A DNA stretch of 13,723 nt from Promethearchaeota archaeon (GTDB lineage Archaea > Asgardarchaeota > Lokiarchaeia > Sigyniarchaeales > SOKP01), in the NCBI GenBank assembly GCA_048940925.1, contig JBHLOC010000071.1, positions 1 through 13,723 of the forward strand, given 5' to 3'. The first letter of the stretch is position 1. Every line of letters starts with the position of its first letter. This document shows positions 1-7,660 of the stretch, piece by piece. The notes under the pieces were generated by a model. That model worked only from the letters and a program-made list of their open reading frames with translations. It had not been told where the DNA came from and did not search any database. A program made the position numbers and the translations under genes.

Positions 1-32
1 CTTTATTAATTTACATTAATCCTTTAAATTTT

Positions 33-1553
33 ATGATAAACATCGAAAATTATATCCACATTTGTAGAAAGTTTAATAAATATAAATTACCAAAATTAAG
101 ATTTAAAGAATTAGATGAAAGATATTATGAAATCTATAAAAATAATTATAATATTGAAGTAGATGATATAAATAAAGCTAGTTTTATAATATTTTTAACC
201 TCATTATTTATCGTTCTAATATTAACAAAACTTTTTACTTCAATAAATGTTTTAATCTTGTTTCTTTTCTCAGTAATAACCGCCCTAATAATTGCGTATA
301 AATTTAATTTAATTCTTTATTATGAGGTTAATAGAAATGAATCAAAGATTAACTCATTACTTCATTTGATTAAGATTGAATTTTCATTAATTGAAATGAC
401 TTTAAAGAAATCCTCAGACAATTGTCTTCATTTCCTACAAATAATTAAAAACTTTAGAAGTCCTCTTTCTTTATATTTCAAAAACATTTTAAATAAAATT
501 CATGAAGGTGGATTGCCAGAAAGAGAATTAACTAGAATTTTAACACCCTCAAATGAATTTAACAATTATTTAAAAAGACTTGTGCTAACTGATTTTTCTA
601 TTAAATCAAATGACCCTAATAACTATCCCTTAGAAATCCAATTTAAAATCTATTTAAGAGAATTACATTCAAAAATCAGTATTATATTTTTTATAGGATT
701 ATTTGGCCCAATTGGTTTATGCTTTCTAATTTTATTTCAAATAGTTAATTTATTATTTTTAATCTTTTTTATTCCTTTTTTTTTGATCTCTCTAAATTTA
801 TTATTTCGGAAGTTTATTAGAAAAAATTCTTATATGATAGGGCTTTTAAATGAATATTCAAATTTTGAAAGAAAAAAATTTGATGAATTCTTAGTATTTC
901 TAAAAAGTTTCGCTAGCAATCTAAAAAATGAAACATCACCGGAGCAAGCTTTCTTTAAAGCTTATTCTCATACTAAAAAATTCATAATATCATTAAAAAA
1001 ACCTTTACAAGATCAAATAGCTTCGCTTTTAAATTTCTCTAACTCTTTTGGTGAAATTATTGAGAATTTAAAATTGGAATTACAAACCATTCATTATTGC
1101 ATGCTTTTAGAGGTGATTGGTAGAATTATTAAAAGAGATTCTTACCTTTCCTCTGATAAAATATTTGAAATCTTAAAATTGATAAATAAACATCAAAAGC
1201 TTGAAAAAAAATTAGAAATAATTGTTAAAGGAGAAAAATTTAAGATTTTTTTCTTTATCTTCCTTTTACCGATAATAATTGGGAGTATCTCAGGATTTTT
1301 CCCCCTATTTACAGGAATAATAAAGACTATTAATTTAAATAGTAATATTCTCTTGAATATCCTTAATACTCCTGTAAACTTTTTCAATGTAGCAGCTATT
1401 TTTATAATCTTGTTATCAAGTGTCTCAATTACTACCAACTATTTCTTGAAGATCATTAATTATAATAAAAGACTTATATTGATTTTGGCAACCAACATAG
1501 TATATACTTTAAGCTTTTTAATCTCATTTATTAGTATTCTTAGTTTAATTTAA
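33..1553 (+). CDS. Type II secretion/type IV pilus platform protein (TadB/TadC/FlaJ-like, two T2SSF-like halves)
   Basis: 506 aa in which TM hairpins alternate with two soluble helical regions. These carry T2SSF-like motifs (IHEGGLPEREL; LKNETSPEQAF), and there are several C-terminal TMs. A prepilin peptidase gene lies about 1.5 kb away. Confidence 0.6.
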   Translation: MINIENYIHICRKFNKYKLPKLRFKELDERYYEIYKNNYNIEVDDINKASFIIFLTSLFIVLILTKLFTSINVLILFLFSVITALIIAYKFNLILYYEVNRNESKINSLLHLIKIEFSLIEMTLKKSSDNCLHFLQIIKNFRSPLSLYFKNILNKIHEGGLPERELTRILTPSNEFNNYLKRLVLTDFSIKSNDPNNYPLEIQFKIYLRELHSKISIIFFIGLFGPIGLCFLILFQIVNLLFLIFFIPFFLISLNLLFRKFIRKNSYMIGLLNEYSNFERKKFDEFLVFLKSFASNLKNETSPEQAFFKAYSHTKKFIISLKKPLQDQIASLLNFSNSFGEIIENLKLELQTIHYCMLLEVIGRIIKRDSYLSSDKIFEILKLINKHQKLEKKLEIIVKGEKFKIFFFIFLLPIIIGSISGFFPLFTGIIKTINLNSNILLNILNTPVNFFNVAAIFIILLSSVSITTNYFLKIINYNKRLILILATNIVYTLSFLISFISILSLI

Positions 1554-1580
1554 AATACATCTTATTTAGAAATTGTAGAT

Positions 1581-1880
1581 TTAGCATAAAAATGTAAGAT
1601 ATATTATTTCAACAAATAAGAATATCCCTATGAATAGAGTTATAAGAATTGAATAATAAAAAACTAGTTTGAAAAAACTATAAATTTCCAAATTATCAAT
1701 AAAAAATAAAAGTTTTAATTTTTCTAATAAAAAATAGAGAGGAATTAATAAAATTAAAAATAATAAAAATGCTAATAACGTTATGACAGTATCAGTTGCA
1801 AATATTGAATAAATAAAAATAAATATAAATAGGACGAGAATTACATTAATCTCAAAAATTAATATTTCGAATTCTATCAT
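1581..1880 (-). CDS. Small hypothetical membrane protein (about 3 TM)
   Basis: 99-aa ATG-start ORF that fills the gap between neighbours and is almost entirely hydrophobic segments. Confidence 0.6.
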   Translation of the reverse strand: MIEFEILIFEINVILVLFIFIFIYSIFATDTVITLLAFLLFLILLIPLYFLLEKLKLLFFIDNLEIYSFFKLVFYYSILITLFIGIFLFVEIIYLTFLC

Positions 1881-2040
1881 TCACTATATAGTTTATTATA
1901 GAATTATTTAAAGGTCTCAACATAAGAAAAAATTAGAAATCGAGATTTTTTATAGTATTTCTTATATTTAAAAGATAATATTTTCAGAAAGTTAGAAAGT
2001 CTTAGAAAATATTATATAATAAAAAAAGCTGATAATAATT

Positions 2041-2532
2041 ATGAAGACTTTAAAAATTAAAGGTTTAAAATATAATAAAGGCAAATATATGTTATTTAAT
2101 GACCGATTTGTATTTTTTCCGCCACAAGTAATCGATATTCTATCGTCAATTTACGGTGAAGGTGTGAAATCTTTATTGGTTTGGCTTGGTAAAAAAGCAG
2201 GTTGGACATTAATTCAGAATTGGGATGAAAATTTGAAATCAAAAACTTTAGATGATTTAGTAAATCAATTCTGTAATATTTTAACTAATCACGGGTGGGG
2301 CAGATTTGTCCCTAAAAAGATAAATGATGATTTGATTATTATAAATCTTTTTTATAATATTTCCACTGAATTAGAAAATAAATCAAAATACTTCTGTTAT
2401 TTTTTAAAGGGATTATTAACAGGTTTTGGGGAATTTGCTTTATACAAAGTAAATGTCATTGAAAATCAGTGTTGTATTGAAGATAATAATTTAGAATTTT
2501 GTGAATTTAAAATTGAAATGAAAAAAATGTGA
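2041..2532 (+). CDS. V4R-domain protein (Bet3/TRAPP-related fold)
   Basis: Hallmark V4R motifs: LGKKAG, GWGRF, CYFLKGLLTG, and C-terminal ENQC...CEFKI. Confidence 0.85.
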   Translation: MKTLKIKGLKYNKGKYMLFNDRFVFFPPQVIDILSSIYGEGVKSLLVWLGKKAGWTLIQNWDENLKSKTLDDLVNQFCNILTNHGWGRFVPKKINDDLIIINLFYNISTELENKSKYFCYFLKGLLTGFGEFALYKVNVIENQCCIEDNNLEFCEFKIEMKKM

Positions 2533-2538
2533 CATGTA

Positions 2539-2931
2539 TTACCAAGGATCCCATTCTTCGGGATTTAATTTTTCATTGACATTTTCTTTCATGTCTTTTT
2601 TTTCAGGTTTATCATTAATCTGAGATAAAAAATCATTTGACTCCAAAACTTCTGGAAGTCCTAATTGATCACTTTCAATTAAATCAGACTCATCATCCAA
2701 AAAAACAGATTCTTCTCCTATAACAACATCTTTGAACGCTGAAATTAAAGATAGAAAGTTGAAGAATTCCTCTTTACTCATCTCAACTTTTAAGGAGTTA
2801 TCGTTATTAAATAATGCTAATTTTATAATTCTTACTTCTCCACTAACTTCAACAGAAGTAATTTCAATATTTTCCTTATTATTCTTTAATTGAATTTTCC
2901 ATGAAGTTTCTCTAGTTTTTTCAATCTCCAT
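2539..2931 (-). CDS. Hypothetical protein with a beta-rich/helix N-domain and an acidic tail ending EEWDPW
   Basis: 130-aa ORF with ATG start and a GGTGA Shine-Dalgarno-like site at 2946-2942. Confidence 0.75.
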   Translation of the reverse strand: MEIEKTRETSWKIQLKNNKENIEITSVEVSGEVRIIKLALFNNDNSLKVEMSKEEFFNFLSLISAFKDVVIGEESVFLDDESDLIESDQLGLPEVLESNDFLSQINDKPEKKDMKENVNEKLNPEEWDPW

Positions 2932-3015
2932 CTTTTACTTTTCACCATAATAATCATTAAAATTCATTAAATTAATAAAAATTATTAAATTTAAAATTAA
3001 TTCGAAGTAAAATAA

Positions 3016-3684
3016 TTAACAACATATTATTAAATACAACAAAATAGTATAAGAGAGAATTATTATTATAATCAGTGGAGGTCGATATTGACATAACATT
3101 TGGAATTTTAACTTTTTATCATTATAAACCAAAATTAATGATTTTACTGGATTCTTAACAATTTTATTTGTATTTAAATCTGTAAAATTACAAAATTTAA
3201 AGAAAGATTTCAAAAAAAGTTTCTGTAAATTCGACATTTTTGAATTTATATTGAATAAAATATAAAAGGCATTATTTTTTATAAAAAAGCTATTAACAAC
3301 TAAGTTTATTATAAAGATGATAATAAAAAAAATTGAGAATGATAAGAAGAATAGCATAATATATAATAAATTTAAATGATGAATAGGAAGTATTAAAAAA
3401 ATTAATATAAATAGCTTTCCATCGCTCCCTCCAATTATTTTTAAATTAAACAATAAAACAGAAATGATTAAAATAGAAAAAAAAAAAAAAAATCTTATAT
3501 ATAAAATTAGAAATATATTGTTAACAAACAATAATGATTCAATTAAATTGAAAATTAACCCTATAGTATATGTGATTTTAAATAATTTCAGAGAAATCTT
3601 CCTTGATTTTAAATCTAAATAAAGAAAAATAAAAAATATTATATATATGAAGCATTGGTTTATTAAAAAATAAATAAAATTCAA
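3016..3684 (-). CDS. Prepilin/preflagellin peptidase, family A24 (FlaK/PibD-like)
   Basis: Both catalytic Asp motifs are present (YLDLKSRKI and IGGSDGK). The protein is polytopic, with a C-terminal PPLIIIIILSY segment. TTG start lies directly after the upstream stop. Confidence 0.85.
   Translation of the reverse strand: MNFIYFLINQCFIYIIFFIFLYLDLKSRKISLKLFKITYTIGLIFNLIESLLFVNNIFLILYIRFFFFFSILIISVLLFNLKIIGGSDGKLFILIFLILPIHHLNLLYIMLFFLSFSIFFIIIFIINLVVNSFFIKNNAFYILFNINSKMSNLQKLFLKSFFKFCNFTDLNTNKIVKNPVKSLILVYNDKKLKFQMLCQYRPPLIIIIILSYTILLYLIICC
3477..3492. repeat. A16/T16 homopolymer inside the peptidase gene
   Basis: 16 consecutive A on the + strand; encodes RFFFFFS in frame on the - strand. Confidence 0.9.
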
Positions 3685-3685
3685 A

Positions 3686-3982
3686 TTAATGATGAAAATC
3701 CTCCCAAATGTCTAAAAAATTTTTAAAACCACGTGCCTTTATATTTTCTATCTTATATCTAAATATTTTAATACGTCCAAATCTTTTTTCTTGGATCATA
3801 TTTATTTTTTTTAGATAATTTAGATGTTTGACAACATTTGAGTAGTTTAATCTTGTATTATTGATGATCAATGAAAGAGTCAATTCCTTATTTCTAGCCA
3901 AGGTTTTTAAGATCTTTACTCTAGCTTTTGAACCGAGAACATTTTCGATTAAATTTTCTTTTTCTGAAACTTCTACGTTCAA
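3686..3982 (-). CDS. ArsR-like winged-helix DNA-binding protein
   Basis: Pattern LGSKARVKILKTL...LTLSLI...LNYSNVVKHLNYL...IQEKRFGRIKIFR. Its TTG start overlaps the cdc6 TGA stop (TTGA). Confidence 0.85.
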   Translation of the reverse strand: MNVEVSEKENLIENVLGSKARVKILKTLARNKELTLSLIINNTRLNYSNVVKHLNYLKKINMIQEKRFGRIKIFRYKIENIKARGFKNFLDIWEDFHH

Positions 3983-5193
3983 ATTTTCAAACCTTTAGAA
4001 TATAATAATTCTGTAATAATTTTTTCTAAATTTGATAGGTTGATTTCAGGTACTTGAATTAAGGCTTTTCTTCCTTTGATTTTCTCACTTAGAATTTTAG
4101 TATATATTATATTGTCTCTTTTAAATTCCTGAAGATAATTCCACAATTGAGAATATGATTTTGGATTTAATCCTAAGTTTTCACATATTACATGATAACT
4201 TTTTAAAATTTTAAGAAATGATATTTCAGTTAAATCACTAATTTTTAATGCCTTAATTATAGCATATAAAAAAACTAATTTTTCCGATGATATATACTTC
4301 AATACATCTAATGTTGAGAAAGGTACTAATTCTTGACTTCCAAGTCGAACACATTCAGCTGATATATATTTTAAATTTTTGCTTTCAGCTATTTTAGTAG
4401 CTTTCCATAAATTATTCAATCCATACCTTACATCGCCATTACTATATGTTGATTCAGAAATCATTTCAATCAATTCATTAGATATAACATTTTTTTTCAA
4501 ACTTATATCTGCTCTATATTTCAAAATATCAAATATTTGTTGTTTAGAATAATTATTGAACTTTATAATATTTCTTTGTAATGTACTCAATGTACTATTG
4601 TCTAAATGACTTATACACGTAATGTCTCTTACAATTCCAATTATAGAAATTCTTTGCTGAGAATCAAGGGAATCATCATAAATTCGGGTTAATAAATAAA
4701 TCAAATCTTCACCTTTATTGATAAGATAATTCAACTCATCTAATACAATCAATAAATGTAAATTCTGTATATTTAGTAGTTCTAATAATATTTCTAATAA
4801 ATCTTGAGGAGAATAACCTCTTTTAGGAAAGTCATTATTAATCATTCTAATTATTTTGATTAATACTTTGTAGCTAGTTCTTTCTTTTCTACAATTAATA
4901 TGAACATATTCAATAGCTATATTTCTTTCATTTGATACCTTTTTAAGCAAATCTCCGAAATACTTTACGGTTACTGTTTTACCTATTCCAATTTTACCTG
5001 TTATTAGAATCTTTCTTGAGATTGAATTTGGATTTGTGATTACAGTTAAAAAAAGCTGCGATAATAAAGATAATTCTTTATCTCGGTGTGGAAGTTTATC
5101 TGGAACATAGTTTATATCAAGTTTTCTCTCATCTTGAAACAATGTTGGCTTTTTTAGTAAATCTTCAAAATACTCCATATTTAATAAAATCAC
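3979..5193 (-). CDS. cdc6: Orc1/Cdc6 replication initiator (AAA+ ATPase plus C-terminal winged helix)
   Basis: YVPDKLPHRDKE N-terminal motif, Walker A GKIGIGKT, YVHINC, Walker B LIVLDE, sensor-2 GDVR, C-terminal wH with GRKALI. The true start may be the ATG at 5178. Confidence 0.95.
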   Translation of the reverse strand: MILLNMEYFEDLLKKPTLFQDERKLDINYVPDKLPHRDKELSLLSQLFLTVITNPNSISRKILITGKIGIGKTVTVKYFGDLLKKVSNERNIAIEYVHINCRKERTSYKVLIKIIRMINNDFPKRGYSPQDLLEILLELLNIQNLHLLIVLDELNYLINKGEDLIYLLTRIYDDSLDSQQRISIIGIVRDITCISHLDNSTLSTLQRNIIKFNNYSKQQIFDILKYRADISLKKNVISNELIEMISESTYSNGDVRYGLNNLWKATKIAESKNLKYISAECVRLGSQELVPFSTLDVLKYISSEKLVFLYAIIKALKISDLTEISFLKILKSYHVICENLGLNPKSYSQLWNYLQEFKRDNIIYTKILSEKIKGRKALIQVPEINLSNLEKIITELLYSKGLKI

Positions 5194-5346
5194 ATCTTAG
5201 AAATTTATTATGATTAAGGAGGGAGTTGTTTATAATAAAATACAGACTAATAATTTATTGTTATAAAAGATTTATTTTGTTAGATATCATATAAACTTCA
5301 TCGAAGCAAGATAATATTATTATTAACTTCTAATTTTTTTTTAATT

Positions 5347-6630
5347 TTAATATTTTATTGTAATGTCCGCCAAGATTTTCTCTTTCCGTCTTTTATAATA
5401 ATTAAATATACCCACAGAGAGTACCGCTAATAGAACACTTATAAAAATGACAATAAACAAATAATTATATTGAAAAGGTGAATTTTGTTTAGTTGCTAAG
5501 CTTACTCTGGCTGTTAAAATTAGTTTTTCATTTTCTAACAAAAAAGTTCCATTAAAGAAAAACTCAATAACTATTAATTTACAATCGACATTAAAAAGGA
5601 AAAATTCTTGAGAAAGAGATAAATTCAAAAAGCCAAATTGATCAGTGAAATAGTTCTTTGCATATGTTAGGGATTTATCATTAAATATTATCACTCTTAT
5701 ACAATGATTATTAAGTGTATTTAAGGAATTATTTAGAAAATAGTAAAAGCGTAATATGATTTTTAAATCTTCATTCTTACCCAAATCTTCTTTAAATTCA
5801 ATAATATCAACAAAAACAGGTATTTTCTCAAGAAAAATCTCATAGAAAAACATGGAGTCATTGTAAACAATATTGTTTTTAAAAATAAATATTAAAATGT
5901 TCTTCCCTAATTTTAATTGTTCAGATGGAATAAGATTGAATTTAATCATTCCAGATTCATTTATAATATAGTTTGACTGGAAAATCAATGATTTGTTCGA
6001 AATGATTTTAAATAAAATTGATTTGTTTATTAAAAAAGAATTATCTCCTAAAAACTCATCATAAAAGATTGCTGTAATACTTAAATTCTCACTAATATTT
6101 AGATGATTTTTAAATCCAATTAAATCACAAAAGAGTGTTCGTTTCATTATTTCAATTTCTATTGTTTCTAGATAAGTTATTACCATATCCATTGTACTTA
6201 TTTGGTAATAATAACTAAGGAATTTGATAAAAAGAGTATTGGAACTATTTGAAAAAGAAACATTCAAATTAATTATACTAATATTCCAATTTTTTTCAGA
6301 AAAACCTATTTGATCATACTTTGATGAATTCCAAACAATATTATTATAAGAATCAAAAATCTGTATTTGAATGTAAGCAATTTCATTAAATTGATTATAA
6401 TCTAATTCCCAAGATGCATTAATATGAATACTTTCATTAGTATAATATTTTTGGCTGTTTGAATTAAAATAATATAAATTACAGTAAAAACAAGCTCCAA
6501 AATTAGTACAATTAGAGAATGATATGAGAATAATGAATGGAATAATATGAAGAAATTTCTTTTTCACATAATATTTTTTTTTAAAAGTATAAAAACCAAA
6601 ATAATTTATTTTACCAAATATTGTAATCAA
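5347..6630 (-). CDS. Membrane-anchored extracellular protein with tandem beta-sandwich-like repeats
   Basis: N-terminal KKK plus hydrophobic signal, C-terminal TM followed by KRRKEK, many N-x-S/T sequons, and an internal duplication. The true start may be the GTG at 6567. Confidence 0.7.
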   Translation of the reverse strand: MITIFGKINYFGFYTFKKKYYVKKKFLHIIPFIILISFSNCTNFGACFYCNLYYFNSNSQKYYTNESIHINASWELDYNQFNEIAYIQIQIFDSYNNIVWNSSKYDQIGFSEKNWNISIINLNVSFSNSSNTLFIKFLSYYYQISTMDMVITYLETIEIEIMKRTLFCDLIGFKNHLNISENLSITAIFYDEFLGDNSFLINKSILFKIISNKSLIFQSNYIINESGMIKFNLIPSEQLKLGKNILIFIFKNNIVYNDSMFFYEIFLEKIPVFVDIIEFKEDLGKNEDLKIILRFYYFLNNSLNTLNNHCIRVIIFNDKSLTYAKNYFTDQFGFLNLSLSQEFFLFNVDCKLIVIEFFFNGTFLLENEKLILTARVSLATKQNSPFQYNYLFIVIFISVLLAVLSVGIFNYYKRRKEKILADITIKY

Positions 6631-6659
6631 ATAAGAAGAAACGAGGTTTATTAATAGAA

Positions 6660-6854
6660 ATGGGAAAGGTTAGAACAGTTTTAATTAAAAATGTTTCAAA
6701 AGAATTAATAGATAAGTATCCTAGTGTGTTTACTACTGATTTTGAGAAAAATAAAAAATTATTAGATAAATATTCAGAAATAGATTCAAAACATTTAAGA
6801 AATAGAATTTCAGGATATATTGTAAATTTATTAAAAATTAAAAGTAAAGAATAA
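6660..6854 (+). CDS. rps17e: 30S ribosomal protein eS17
   Basis: MGKVRT...F TTDFEKNK...SKHLRNRISGY signature; GAGG site upstream. Confidence 0.97.
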   Translation: MGKVRTVLIKNVSKELIDKYPSVFTTDFEKNKKLLDKYSEIDSKHLRNRISGYIVNLLKIKSKE

Positions 6855-6931
6855 ATAATATAGCTTTAATTATCATAGTTTGACAATTATAAAGAATTTA
6901 AGGGATTAGTATTAACGAAGATTCAAGAAAA

Positions 6932-7318
6932 ATGGCAGATCTTCTTAGATCTGGTTACACTATGCTGAACATTGCATGTCCAGTTTGTCAAAATCCACTT
7001 TTTCGAAATAGAAATAAAGAAACTTTTTGCCCAATTTGTAATAGAAAAGTATTAATAGTAGAAAATGAATCCAGCAAAGTTAATGAACGTTCAAAAAAAA
7101 AACAGTTCCAAGATTCATTTAATCTAGTGAAAGAATCGCTAGATTATAATAATATCAATAATTCTTTAAAATTAGTAATTTTTGATAAAATAAAATCGAT
7201 ATCAGAAAAACTAAAAAATGAAAATCAGTTGAAATTAATCGAAAACTATATAAAAGTTTTGTTAAATCTCTATAAATTACTTGAAAAATTATTATCTATG
7301 GATAATTATGAAAAATAG
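6932..7318 (+). CDS. UPF0148 / Sjogren-scleroderma autoantigen 1 (SSSCA1)-like zinc-ribbon protein
   Basis: MADLLRSGYTML..CPVCQNPLF...FCPIC, followed by a C-terminal helical region. Confidence 0.88.
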   Translation: MADLLRSGYTMLNIACPVCQNPLFRNRNKETFCPICNRKVLIVENESSKVNERSKKKQFQDSFNLVKESLDYNNINNSLKLVIFDKIKSISEKLKNENQLKLIENYIKVLLNLYKLLEKLLSMDNYEK

Positions 7319-7401
7319 TGTTATAATAAGTCCTATTTTACATTTAATTTATTCTTAAATCAGACCCTTTTTATTAATGGAACAGATTTAAGTATTTTTA
7401 G

Positions 7402-7513
7402 TGCTTCTGCCGGGATTTGAACCCGGGTCCCGAGGGTGAGAGCCTCGTATGCTCAGTCTTAATCCGAAATTATATTTTTCTGGAAAAAATTGACCACACT
7501 ACACTACAGAAGC
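7402..7513 (-). tRNA. tRNA-Glu(CUC) with a 37-nt intron in the D-arm; CCA not encoded
   Basis: Acceptor stem GCUUCUG/CAGAAGC with discriminator A. Anticodon arm CGAGG-CU-CUC-AC-CCUCG. T arm CCGGG-UUCAAAU-CCCGG. Removing 7453-7489 gives a 75-nt cloverleaf. Confidence 0.93.
7453..7489 (-). other. tRNA intron at non-canonical position 21/22
   Basis: Central helix GGUC/GACU is flanked by AAU and GAG unpaired segments. Cutting after the second nucleotide of each restores GGUCAA-GCAU. Confidence 0.8.
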
Positions 7514-7538
7514 ATTTTATTAATTAAAATCTCAAGCG

Positions 7539-7554
7539 TTATAAATTTTATAAA
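7539..7554 (-). promoter_or_regulatory. TATA-box region of the tRNA-Glu promoter
   Basis: Two TTTATAA elements on the - strand about 25-40 nt upstream of the mature tRNA 5' end. Confidence 0.5.
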
Positions 7555-7660
7555 TATAACTTAATTAAAAAAGTTAATATCATTTAACTATTATCAAGCG
7601 TAAAAAATCAGAAATATAAAGAATTTTTTACCTAAAATATATTAATTGCAATAGAATTTG

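Noticed and set aside
1193-1438. 81-aa minus-strand ORF
   Set aside because: Antisense shadow lying wholly inside the 506-aa membrane protein gene; no recognisable motifs.
1985-2010. Three AGAAAG/AGAAAA direct repeats upstream of the V4R gene
   Set aside because: Short, irregularly spaced and common in AT-rich sequence.
5194-5346. Replication origin upstream of cdc6 (CTTCATCGAAG at 5296-5306, AAGGAGGGAG at 5216-5225)
   Set aside because: No repeated ORB or mini-ORB with the CA-NNN-GAA spacing, and AT-richness is not distinctive in this genome. An origin cannot be supported, although it is not excluded.
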